A DNA stretch of 64,000 nucleotides from Macrostomum hystrix. Taxonomy: Eukaryota > Animalia > Platyhelminthes. A program made the translations under genes and the position numbers. Below the pieces are notes generated by a model. The model worked only from the letters and a program-made list of their open reading frames with translations, ran no database searches and was not told where the DNA came from. The stretch lies in the NCBI GenBank assembly GCA_950097015.1, contig CATNEN010000039.1, positions 12,958,001 through 13,022,000 of the forward strand. The letters run 5' to 3'. Below are positions 1 through 11,636 of the stretch, piece by piece (the first letter of the stretch is position 1; each line of letters starts with the position of its first letter).

Positions 1-294
1 GACTAGAAAAACTGTTGCCAGCTCTGCCAAAATCCTACTCAGGTGCCGATAAATTACCGATAAAATAATTGCTTATAGTTTTTTCTCCCATCCACATAGA
101 GCTACTGGGGCCACTAGCTACCTAGCAGGGTATGACAATTAGCGGAAGGACACTCCGCGTAGAGCCAGCAAACCTGGTGGCGATAATGGCCTGGACAGTC
201 AATATATAATGCTTCGCCTATCAGAATGCGTTGCGCATGGTGGAAACGTAGGAAGCTGCTCTGACTTCAAATTAGCGACCTAGATCTGCTGAAG

Positions 295-1387
295 ATGACA
301 GGTAGTGAAAAGCTCTTTAACTTCTGATAAGTCGGAACCAAATAATGAGCTTTACCTCGCTCTAACGAACTCTCTTTCAGGACGGCGAAACCTGAACTTA
401 GTATTCACCTTTGTCATCAGTTTGGCTGCCGGTGCTCAAAGCCAGTCGCTGAGCAAAAGCTCCGTCTGGAGGAGAGCGGAGGTTAGTTGTGTACTCGAGA
501 GCTCGTCAGCTGGCGTACATCGCATCGGAGTCATCACGGAGTCTCACTGCGTGATGACGGCCGAGGAGAAGCTGCCGACCGGAGCTCTGGTGGCTCAGTT
601 CGACCATCTCGCCCGCACCTGCTCCGTCTTCACCTTCCAGTCGGTGTGCCGCAGCCTGACCCCCGGCCTGTCGCCCAGCTGTTCCGTGTTCTTCCGATTT
701 CCAATCGATCACCGGCTGATCAGCGCCAAGCTCAGCAATTTGTGGCTGGCAGGTGAGGTGAGCAGACTGGAGAACCTGGTGTGCCAGGCCGATGAGGACA
801 CGAACCGCCTGCACCCAGTGGCTGTTCAGTGGAGCAGCGAAGGCGCCGTGTTCGATGGCTCAGCAGCCTATGCAGTGCTGAACAAGTCCAGCATCAGCTT
901 CACCACCGGCCTCACCTGGCTGCTGAGGCTCAAGCGGCAGCCGCAGGTGCAGCCGTTTTTCGAAATGACGAGCTGCGAATCACTGGGAGCGCCCTCAGGA
1001 CATGGCGTTAGCTTCTGGGAGTACAATGCTCCACAAAGGCTCTATGTTAGAGGGAGCAGAATCACGGGATCTATGGTAGGCTATCTTTTCACACCAGTTT
1101 CGACTCTCTCAGCGAGCCCAAGCGACTGGATGAACATCGGCTTTACTGTCAACGGAAGCGTCTACGATTTCTTCGCTTCGGGATCCTTCCTACCCAGAGG
1201 TGGCATAACACAAAATCCTGACTTTGAGCCATGCAATGTGTTAAACAAAACCGCCTGCGTGTACCTCGGAATGCGCATTGAGAGTCCTAGGAACGTAATG
1301 TTTAATGGCACAATTCGGGCGCTGGCTATCGCCAACTTCAGCATGACTGAGGCCGAGATTCGCGACTTCTTCGCTCTGATTGGCTGA
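295..1387 (+). CDS. Secreted protein, paralogue 1: signal peptide, Cys-containing N-terminal region, C-terminal LamG/pentraxin (concanavalin A-like) fold
   Basis: Spliced model: exon 295-301 (ATG ACA G), intron 302-380 (gtagtg...ctaac...ctctttcag), exon 381-1387. This gives MTGRRNLNLVFTFVISLAAGAQS, a signal-like N-terminus. The C-terminus FNGTIRALAIANFSMTEAEIRDFF resembles the LamG3/pentraxin end motif FxGxIxxLxIxxxxLSxxEI. TATA-like sequence near 203-209. Confidence 0.75.
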
Positions 1388-1804
1388 CGGCTGGGTATTT
1401 GCACACCCATCAACGAACTGTTTGGGCGTTTCTTCGTCCCACAGTCATTTAAGAGAATAATCGGTCAATTTTGAAATTGCATGGTAATTGTTGTCTAGCC
1501 ATGCATTACGAGACGCTATTTACAATATTCACTGTACACAATATTCCTTTATCATTTTGTTTAGTCATAAATATTTTTTCAACACTAATTTGCAAAGCAT
1601 GTGAAACTCGTTCTTATTCATAGTCTTAGGCTATTTTCTCAACTCTGAAAGCTTAATGTCTTCATGGCACTTGCTGTTCGATGGGGGTTCGTCCCAGCGT
1701 GCTGCCTTCATTCACGCCGAGGCTGTTCATTGTGCCTTGGAATCGTGCATGGTTGCTTGCTGGAGTCTTGAAACGTTTTCAAATGTTACTCTATCTGGTG
1801 TGCA

Positions 1805-1833
1805 GCTTTGCGGGCTTCACGAGCCCGCAAAGC
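1805..1833. other. Perfect 12-bp GC-rich hairpin, possibly a Helitron/Helentron-type end
   Basis: gctttgcgggct-tcacg-agcccgcaaagc. Confidence 0.4.
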
Positions 1834-3821
1834 AACATTGCTTTCGAGACTATTCTACTCGATTAAAGTTATTTTTTACGATATCCAGATTCTGCTTTAG
1901 ATTCGCCTTAAACATTAGAATGGCCACTGTTTTATGTATTATTCTATATCTCCAAAAATACTCGTATTTAACTAATCGCCATGAAAATTCTAAACACCAG
2001 CTATAATTTTCCACTCGTCAGCGTCAGCCTGACGCCTGAAACGCAAATAATCAACATCGTCGAGATATTCAAAGATTCTCGTCGCGATGCATCAAAACAT
2101 TTTTGCAACAAAATTGCATCATGTCGGTTATTATTGTTGATTATATAGTATTGAATATAACTGTTGGTTTTTAATTATGCTCGAAGAACCCATATGGACT
2201 TGCTATAGAGGTTTATACAGACCAATGTTAGCTGTCCTTGTCACCAAAGTCTTCGACAAAAATCGCTGAAAATCTCAACGATGCTGACATCGGACGGCTT
2301 GGAAAGTTACTTCATCGTAAAGGGCGGTCGATTTTGATCTATCGGTGGACTTTTACGAAAATCGCGGTCATTCTGTATGGGAACTATCGTGAAGTAGGCA
2401 GTAGGTATTTAAGACACTCCCAGTGGTCTTTCACTGTTGATGAGTTCAGGCCAAAGTCATTAACAACTTCCTCAATTTAATATTAGGGGACCAGCCCATT
2501 AAAAAATGGTCTGTGAAGCTATCGATGAAATTGGCAAAAGGCAGAATAAAACTGTAGCTATGCATGCTTTCTAGAGAATCTACTTCACAAATTAATATAC
2601 TAGAAATTTCTAGAAACAAGAACATTGCGGGGGGTTTCTAGCCTTGTAAGAGGGTCGGACTCACTGTTGGCTGCACATCTGACCAAATTTGACAGGTGTA
2701 ATGAAGCAGGTTTTTGACAAGCAAACTAGCCATGGCAAAAGACCAAAGTAGACTGAAATACGCTCGTATAGACAGATCTTTGACTTGTTGATCATTTTTT
2801 AAGCTGTTACTTATGTCAACTGAACTATGCGATGTAGGAAAATAAGCTGCAAAACAAGTATACAAAAGACGACTGATTAAGTGAGCGATAGCTTACTAAT
2901 AGTAGAGCTCATTGAAAATAGCGTGAATTCCTGATGTGGCGTACTAGAAAATATTACCGTGTGCTAGGGCGCATAAAATAGCGGTTCCAACGAGCTGTCA
3001 AGAGGTGGGGCCGATCTTGTCATGGCTATATGACTGACTGACAAGGGCAAACAAGCCCGAAAATTGTCTCAGCCTGCCTCGCATGGCTCGATCTCCCCTT
3101 TTTAGCCGCTGATAATTGCAGCTTCTTATCTTATGTCACTGAACATTTTGGAGACAGCGACTGTTTGCTTTGTGCCTCCTTCTGTATTGGATATTTTTTA
3201 AGCTCTCACCGACATTTTATAAATCTAGAATCCCAATTAAGGTAATGATTATGCTTATAATCATCTTTTATCGATCAGCATCGTCTCCCGTCAAGGCAAG
3301 CGTATAGCTTGACGTGTCTCAAGTGATTCGCATGAATGCGATAACAGGTGCGATGCTCAAGGTCGCAAGTTTCAAGTTTATAAATAGTGAAAACCTTAAT
3401 TTTAAGGTTTTCACCTCAATTTCATCTCCAAACAATTTGCATTATTGCGAGCTCTGTCAATTGGGTTGCTAATGCATACCCAGGTGCTTAGACTCGTAAT
3501 TTGCTAATGATGTGCACTATATTAGATGCCGTCCGCTTACACAGCAGGCAATCAACCAGCTAAAACTAATTTCAGGTGCAGGTGTAATATTTGCCGATTT
3601 TCTACCATTTTTCTACCATCCTCAGAGATATGTCCGCGGTTTGACTCTTTTTAATAGCAATTTCATTCTAGTGGTGCCGCTCAGCCACTGAGCAGTGGCA
3701 ATTAGCGGATATTCTAGCAGAGCTGTTGACTATAAGTACCTCCACAGAAAAAAGAAATTTTCACATATGCCTAATAGTTTAAGCCGCTTGTTTTCTGCTC
3801 TGCCTAGTTGAAACTTAGGAC

Positions 3822-3870
3822 GCTGCTCTGACTTCAAATTAGCGACCTAGATCTGCTGAAAATGACAGGT
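3822..3870 (+). other. Extra copy of the first exon (5'UTR + ATG ACA G|gt) of the LamG-like gene
   Basis: gctgctctgacttcaaattagcgacctagatctgctgaaaatgacaggt is identical to 4092-4140 but is followed by different sequence (gtacga). Confidence 0.7.
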
Positions 3871-4131
3871 ACGATAAATGATTTACTCAGGTGCAGGTAA
3901 AATAATTGCTCATCGTTTTTTCTCCCATCCACATAAAGCTACTGGGGCCACTAGCTACCTAGCAGGGTATGGCAATTAGCGGAAGGACACTCCGCGTAGA
4001 GCCAGCAAACCTGGTGGCGATAATGGCCTGGACAGTCAATATATAATGCTTCGCCTATCAGAATGCGTTGCGCATGGTGGAAACGTAGGAAGCTGCTCTG
4101 ACTTCAAATTAGCGACCTAGATCTGCTGAAA

Positions 4132-5230
4132 ATGACAGGTAGTGAAAAGCTCTTTAACTTCTGATAAGTCGAAACCAAATAATGAGCTTTACCTCGCTTT
4201 AACGAACTCTCTTTCAGGACGGCGAAACCTCAGATACCTGAACTTAGTATTCACCTTTGTCATCAGTCTGTCTGCCTGTACTCAAAGCCAGTCGCAGAAG
4301 CTGAGCAAAAGCTCCGTTTGGAGGAGAGCGGAGGTTCGTTGCGCACTCGAGAGCTCGTCAAACGTCTTCCTCACTTTATCGGAGGTTCACTGCGTGATGA
4401 TGGCCGATGAGAAGCTGCCGACCGGAGCTCTGGTGGCTCAGTTCGACCATCTCGCACGCACCTGCTCCGTCTTCACCTTCCAGTCGGTGTGCCGCAGCCT
4501 GACCTCCGGCCTGTCGCCCAGCTGTTCCGTGTTCTTCCGATTTCCAATCGATCACCGGCTGATCAGCGCCAAGCTCAGCAATTTGTGGCTGGCAGGTGAG
4601 GTGAGCAGACTGGAGAACCTGGTGTGCCAGGCCGATGAGGACACGAACCGCCTGCACCCAGTGGCTGTTCAGTGGAGCAGCGAAGGCGCCGTGTTTGATG
4701 GCTCAGCAGCCTATGCAGTGCTGAACAAGTCCAGCATCAGCTTCACCACCGGCCTCACCTGGCTGCTGAGGCTCAAGCGGCAGCCGCAGGTGCAGCCGTT
4801 CTTCGAAATGACGAGCTGCGAATCACTGGGAGCGCCCTCAGGACATGGGATTCATTTTTGGGAGTATAATTTTCCGCGAATGCTTTATGCTAGAGTGAAC
4901 AGAATCACCGGAGTCATGATAAACTTTCTTGCCACACCGCACTCAACTCTGGCTGCGAACCCAAATGAATGGTTGAACATCGGCTTCACCATCAGTGGGA
5001 GCGTCTATGATTTCTTTGCTTCAGGATCCTTCCTACCCAGAGTTGGTGTAACACAAAATCCTGACTTATTGACCTGCAATGTGATCGACACAACAGCCTG
5101 CATGTATCTCGGAATGCGCATTGACAGTCCTAGAAACTTTATGTTCAACGGGTCAATTCGAGCTCTTGCCTTAGCTAACGTCAGCATGACCGAGGCCGAG
5201 ATTCGCGACTTCTTCGCTCTGATTGGCTGA
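4132..5230 (+). CDS. Secreted LamG/pentraxin-like protein, paralogue 2
   Basis: Exon 4132-4138, intron 4139-4217, exon 4218-5230. Near-identical to copy 1 over the promoter, intron and middle of the CDS, with the same C-terminus SMTEAEIRDFFALIG. Confidence 0.75.
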
Positions 5231-5984
5231 TGCTGGAGTTCCTATTAGCGAAACAATAGAAAATTACACGACGTTGAGTCTAAAGTCCAAGCGACGTTTT
5301 TCTGACGCTCGTCTAGATTTTATAGAAGCCAAATACGATCATTTCAATGACACTCAACCTCTATTAACATTAACGATTGTATAAGTAGAATATTAGTATA
5401 ATAAAAGTTTAAGCTGTCTGCGTGTCAACATGTGCACGCATGATAACCTTATAAAAAAGTTTATAATAAAAAATGTATATGCGATCGTTACTACGCTGGC
5501 TAAGCTATTCAGTGATAAAATTCTGCAATGCATGGTGTCAGATTCATTCCCACCTGTTTGTACTCGTATTTTCGTCTAAAGCAATGTGCTCTTAAGCCAT
5601 ATGGCAAAAATGAAAATCAGTTTGCTTTAATGATTGCTTTAGGTTTAAAACCGCTCTTTTTTCATTCTAGTCGATGCTTTAATACGAAGATAATTAGGAA
5701 AACGGCCCATTGAACTAATTGCGCAGCAAGGCAATCAATAAGGTAGGAAAAAGCTGAATAATGCTGAAAAATGCAGGACTATGAGGTCAAAGGGACAAAT
5801 GATGAACGGTGCTCGCTTTAAAATTACGTTTTGTTTAAATGCCTAAACAGTCTTATGGACAATTCAGCATCTGAATCTGTTAACTAACTGATAGGGATGA
5901 AAATATAAGCATATCTACTTGATTATTATAATGCTAGGAATAATCTTAATGAGAACAATTAAAACCATATACCTTTGATACTGC

Positions 5985-6180
5985 CTATGTATGTACATAT
6001 GCCTTTGACTTCTTTATCGTCAATGTAAACTCTCACACTATGCCTTGAAAATTGGCCGTCAAATACGAGAATTGCATGACAAGTCGACAGCCTTCTCTGA
6101 ATCCAAAAAACAATGTGGCCTCGCCGCGGAATCGAGTTCAGGGACCTAAGTGAAACAGGAAAACGTGTTAAACCGCTCTG
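5985..6180 (-). mobile_element. Degenerate fragment of tRNA-derived SINE family A
   Basis: Matches 8940-9140 (ttggccgtcaa, aattgcatgacaag, aatgtggcctcgccgcggaatcgag, aaacgtgttaa). Confidence 0.6.
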
Positions 6181-7687
6181 GAGGTTGAGCTAGGAATAAA
6201 CGCGGCTGTTTCACACAAAAAGCTCAAGTGTCAAGTTCAAATTGCTATTTGAACTGATTGCAATCAGGTCAGTTTGGAGTTCAGTTCAACAATACAGCTA
6301 CAGCTACAGTAGAAACCTAAATAGATGGCTGCATAGTTTTTTAAGCAATGCTTCGGGTTCTGTAAATATTCGTTTAAAAGTTGAGAGCAATACAGCAGCA
6401 GTGGGTGAGTCTTGTCGGTCATGCGGCTGTTCCAGGACCAGTGCACAACCGAATGTCTGATAAGAACTAGCAAAAAAACGATCTAATTGTGGCCCTGTTT
6501 GTTCCTGATTTCAGCAGCGCCATCCTTCAACGCAAAGTTAATTTGTACCAGCATGAAAAGGCAAGAGGGGGAAGGCAGAAGACTCTATGTAGATGTCATG
6601 GGAGGTGCTTAATGCAGCATAAATTTTATAAATGAAGCAAGGAAATAGCGTACTGTCATGTACTCGTAGTTTTAGGTTTCTTTCGTCTACGAATAAATTG
6701 AAGAATCAGCAGCAGCTGTTTTGTTTGCAGCTGATAGACGGCACGAATGCCTTCGCTTCCTTCAGCAGTCTACAATTTGGATACCACGCGTTCCGAACAA
6801 ATTCTGTAGCGGCTTGTGCCATGCGCCTTCCTGCTGCTTACATCACATGGCCACTTGAAGGAACCAGGCCCATGCGAAAGATCGACAGAAAGAGAGACAG
6901 GAAGACACAGAAATGAACAATGAAGCATCAGTAATCCCGGGAGCGGTGCGCCAAAGTTTTGTGCGCCAAAAAGAAAAGTTTTTGGGGAAAAGTTTTTTGG
7001 AAAAAACTGCAGAATTATAGTGCCCACGTTTCGCAATGCTTCTGGGGCACAAGTAACCTTTATGCCAAGGCCGCGAAGGATAGAGAGGCAGGTCGCGCGG
7101 ATCGATAAGGAACAGTCATCGATTAGGTAGTCTTCTGTGTGCGTACGGCATTCACACTGCCCGACACGGCCGCCACACCTCCCCCCGCCTTGCCATTTTC
7201 TAGATCCCGGAAGTCTTCCCGTATTGCGCAGGAAGCTTTCCGCTGGCTGGAAAGGTCGAGACACAGGGAATTGGCATTTGTGCTAGCAGTGCTAGTTGCC
7301 ACAACCGCTTACCTGTCCCTGATAGAACAGGATGGCTGCCCCAACGGGATAGCGCAAAGCTGTGCAAAGCGCTCGGGATCACCTAAGCCCCCAAACCCCC
7401 GCCCCAACTTCGGGAAAGCTTTTTGGCTTTTAAGGTCCGCCTTACCGAAGCTTGAAGGGGTCGAACTTGCTGCTTATCGGAGAAGGGAGGCATCGCGAAC
7501 TTCTGACTGGACTGAAGCAACAGGTTTGAATGCGTTTCATTTTACACACTTATAATTTCAAATTCGAAACTATTTCTCAAAGAGTCGACTTGATCCATTC
7601 CATTGCAGATCTTGAGAAAAGATCCAACTTTGAATTTTGAGCGGCCTCTTTAACTTCGTGACTTGACTCTCAACGCAGATTTAACCA

Positions 7688-9364
7688 ATGGCTGACGATG
7701 GCGATGTAAGAAATAAGAATAAATTAATGAATCATCCAATACGGAACAGATTACTGACTATGTACATAACGTGAGATGAAACGAGGAATAGGACACAGGA
7801 GATGTGTATATGTTGTGCTTTTTGACTGAGTTCTACCAACTTGGCCTTTTTAATCGTTTGCAGAAGAAGGAGGGCAAGCGCGCCCAGCGAGCCACATCGA
7901 ACGTGTTCGCCGCATTCCCCCAGCAGCAGGTGCAGGAATTCAAGGAGGTGAGCTGCTTTACTGGATGACTCACTCAAACGGACAGGACGTTAAATTTCAC
8001 TTTTTTGTGAGCCCTCAACCGGCTTAGACATTGTTCTAGACTCTGGTGGGATGTGAAGGGGTGATCGGCAGAGCGGTTAACGCATCTGTCACTCGCACTT
8101 TGGTCCCTTGGGACTATTTTGAAAGACATCAAAGCGAAGGTTGTTTAAGTTGGATTGTTTAAGCTGATAAGGGCCATTGCAGTACTGCCTGACTATCAAA
8201 GTCAGGGCAGATGTACTCGTACTCAGTTGCGTTTGTGCTTCTTCTGTACGTTGTCTGTGTGGCTGTGCATGGTAAGGAGTCAGCGAAATGGGCAGAATTG
8301 CCTCACACTGGCAGCCGTGCTGTTATCACAAATAATGTACCAGGGCCTACAGCCCTCATGGTAATATAAATTAGCTTGTATTTACGGGATTATACCAATT
8401 TTGAAAAATCATGTTCGGAAATCCCAGCACTACAAATCGTCAGTAGATGATCGATTGCATAAAGCGAGCTCAATCAGTAATCTTTTTTTGCTTTTTATTC
8501 TCTCCCAGGCCTTCACACTGATCGACCAGAATCGTGACGGCTTCATCGATCTGGAAGACCTGAAGGACATGTACGCCTCTCTGGGTCGGCAGCCGACGGA
8601 CAAGGAGCTGCAGGATATGTTGAAGGAGTCGCCCGGACCTCTGAATTTCACAATGTTCCTGCAGATCTTCGGCGAGCGACTGACCGGCTCTGATTCTGAG
8701 GACGCCCTGCGCAACGCTTTCAAGATGTTCGACGATGCCAACACGGGCTCCCTGGATGAGGAATAGTGCGTTGAGCTTGTACTCAAAACAGTTTTTAATA
8801 TAATATAATAATACTTACAGGAGGGCTGCTAGCAATGGCACGTCATTTGGTGACAGTAGCGAGCGAGGAGGATTCTTCCCATTTCGCTGACTCCTGAGCA
8901 CACACGCACACAGATACTGTACGCAGGCACACGCTCACACAGGTATGTACATCTGCCCTGACTTTCTCATCGTCAGGCAGTGTAAATTTCACTGTGGCTT
9001 GGAGGTTGGCCGTCAAGGGCGTAAATTGCACGACAAGCCTCCAAGCCTTCTCTCTGCGGCTGCGCCCCAAATAAATGTGGCCTCGCCATGGAATAGAACT
9101 TCGGACTTTGGTGCGAGAGGCAAACGTGTTAACTGCTTTGCCACCGGTATATAATAGAAGTTTTACGGTAATATTCATCGCTCGAAGTTAATTGATACAA
9201 TGCCAACTCTATCTTCCAGCTTCCGCGACCTGATGAAGAACATGGGAGACAACTTCACCGAGGACGAAATTCGGCAGACGTGGAAAGAAGCGCCCATCAC
9301 TGCCGGCAAGCTTGACTACAACAAGTTCGTATCCAACATCAAGCGTGGCAAGGAGGACGAGTGA
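7688..9364 (+). CDS. Myosin regulatory light chain (EF-hand), 4 coding exons
   Basis: Exons 7688-7705 (MADDGD), 7864-7947 ([28 protein letters not shown]), 8509-8765 ([18 protein letters not shown]...[10 protein letters not shown]) and 9220-9364 ([26 protein letters not shown]...KRGKEDE*). All introns are GT-AG with compatible phases. Diagnostic RLC motifs [23 protein letters not shown]. Confidence 0.97.
8060..8355 (+). mobile_element. Degenerate SINE family A copy in RLC intron 2
   Basis: Head ggcagagcggttaacgc; body aaagtcagggcagatgtac and gagtcagcgaaatgggcagaattgcc shared with 58855-59226. Confidence 0.65.
8800..9145 (-). mobile_element. SINE family A, near full length, in RLC intron 3
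   Basis: Reverse complement starts ggtggcaaagcagttaac (A box-like), then gttctattcc (B box-like). Body is collinear with 58855-59226 and ends in an (ATT)n-like tail. Confidence 0.85.
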
Positions 9365-11636
9365 AGAGAGTCACAAGTCCACGAGGCAGAGCGCATTGTT
9401 GCTTTTTAGATTGGGTCAAGTTTTTTTCGAGAGGTCTTATAAATCTAGATTTATTAAATTTAATTAGTCACAGGGTTGGTGCCCATCTGGTAAATATATT
9501 CTACATGGCATTTTAGGGATCACTTTCCGTCATTCACTAGACTAAAAATGAAACTCTTGGTTGATTCAGTCGCTCTTCATTATTGGGACAATCGAAGCCG
9601 GGCAGGAATCTCACAAGGTCGTCAGGTTAGTGATAGCCTGATGACGCAACGCTCATTTGACACTCTGGATCCCATGTAGTGGACACAGATCCTGACCAAG
9701 TAATTCTGGCTCAGGGAAAAGGGAGTTTGTTTTAAACGCCGTCGATTCACTTCTGACTTCTAAAGTGCAGCACAATTTTCCTGCCTTTTCTAACTGCATT
9801 GCATCGCCACAGCCATGGTGTTTTTACTTTTAATAACTAATAAAAGACAGTTTCGTACAGATCGTGGCCTTCCAGAAATCAGACTGTTTATAATTTAATG
9901 AAAACCATTCTTTAGTGTGTAGCCTCTAACCTTTCTGAATTTTTAACTCAAACCGCCTAAAAACTTTGTCCATCTAGTTTTGTTTTTATAAAGAAGCATT
10001 ATATCAGTCTTCTCCGCTTCGTAGACAGCTAAGAGGAAAACAATTACTGCCGTTTGAATGAGCTCAGCATGAGCACACTTGTTTCCAGGTTGCTTTAGTG
10101 GCATTCATTCGTGTCTTTTCTGTTCATTTCCTGTTTAAAGTTTTTTTGGAATTTGCTATATTGTGTCCTTAATTTGTTTACGAAGTGGCGGGTTGTTGTT
10201 TTCAGTTGTACCTTTTATAATCCTCTACTATATTATATCTTGAACCTCTAGAACTGATTAATTGCTGATTCCTACAGAACGTGCACTCGTTCATTTAGCA
10301 CTGCAAATAATCCTTTATATAAATCCGAAACAGAAGCTAAAAATTTCTTTTTATCTCCCATGTTTCTCAGCCGTACAAAACGTTTTAGCAAAATTGATAT
10401 GCAATTTTTTCAATTAACGCATTACTAACTTTCAGTCTCCACTGATTTAATTGCACTGCATGAATAGGCATTCAAATTTTCCTGTAATCTTTTGTTAACC
10501 ATTCTCAACTCTCCCTCATATACTTTAAAATTAGTCACCAAACACAATCCACTAAAACTAAAGCTGCTATAGACCTCCAGTTATCGGTACTCAAGGGTTG
10601 CTGCATTCCACTAATTGATCCGAACACAGGTTCGCATGGCACATCAGCTCAGCTTTCAGAGATAATTAAGCTCAAATTTGATCATTGAATACTCAAATCA
10701 AGGATTTTCTGAATGTTTTATAAGGATGGGCTCTGTTGTTTACAATTGGATAGGTCTGAAGTCAGCCACACATCAGACTGAAGGCTAGCTGCTGTGCTAT
10801 GCTCCAAGTAAAAGTTTTTCGCTTTGCGTGCCTTTCCTACGTTAATAGGAAAGTTTTTTAACGCAATTTATTCTTAATATCAGATTCGCGATAAGGTTGA
10901 CTGCCGCTGCTTGTTTGTGAATTGCGCTTTTTAAGTGCTTGTTTATCACTCGGACACTGACAGCTGGCTCACACATGTTCTTGCCTGGCTGCGGCACCTG
11001 TTGTTGATGCTTCATCTAGAACGATGCTTTCGACAGTAGCACAATTAGCAGCAGACGGCCGCGGCCAATTTTGTCAATTTTCTTTGCAACTTTCTGTTCA
11101 AGACACTACTCCGTTGAGACCGATACACGGATGCGATTTCAAAATGCTTCGTGTTTTTATGGCCCCCTTACCAAGTCCCGATTCCAAAATGTTACTAACC
11201 TGACACTGCCATCGTTCTTAATAAGCCAGGTCTCCATGGTTTTCATGCCGAATTTACCTTTAGCATATGCCTAAATCAATCAATCGTACATCACCCCGAT
11301 CGTATACCTGTAGCACTTATACCAGCTTTGTTAGAATAATTCATCTATAGACATTCAACTTCTTTTTGAGCAGCAAAATCGATTTAGAACTTGTTTCTTG
11401 TGCTCCTGTGACAGAAAGACATCATTATCTTGCATGTAGCGATGTGAAACGGTGTGATCTTGATCTTCAAATAACATGATAGCCACGCTTGTTAGCCTTT
11501 TTTGCATGGTTCGAAAGATACTCGTGAAAAAATACACGATAAACTGATCAGAGACTGCAAACTATCGTGCCCTGTAACTCGCTTTATTGTCTTGAAAGTT
11601 ATGTATCTAGTAGCAATGTAATATAGTACATTACCT

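Noticed and set aside
305-380. GTG start for the LamG-like ORFs (also 4142)
   Set aside because: Lies within a GT-AG intron; the spliced ATG model gives a proper signal peptide.
6770-7555. 164-aa and 138-aa ORFs upstream of the RLC
   Set aside because: No recognisable motifs; the region is probably the RLC promoter and 5'UTR.
9620-9697. Possible C/D snoRNA (TGATGA...CTGA within gtcagg/cctgac)
   Set aside because: Not intronic, the stem is not adjacent to box C, and no rRNA guide is recognisable.
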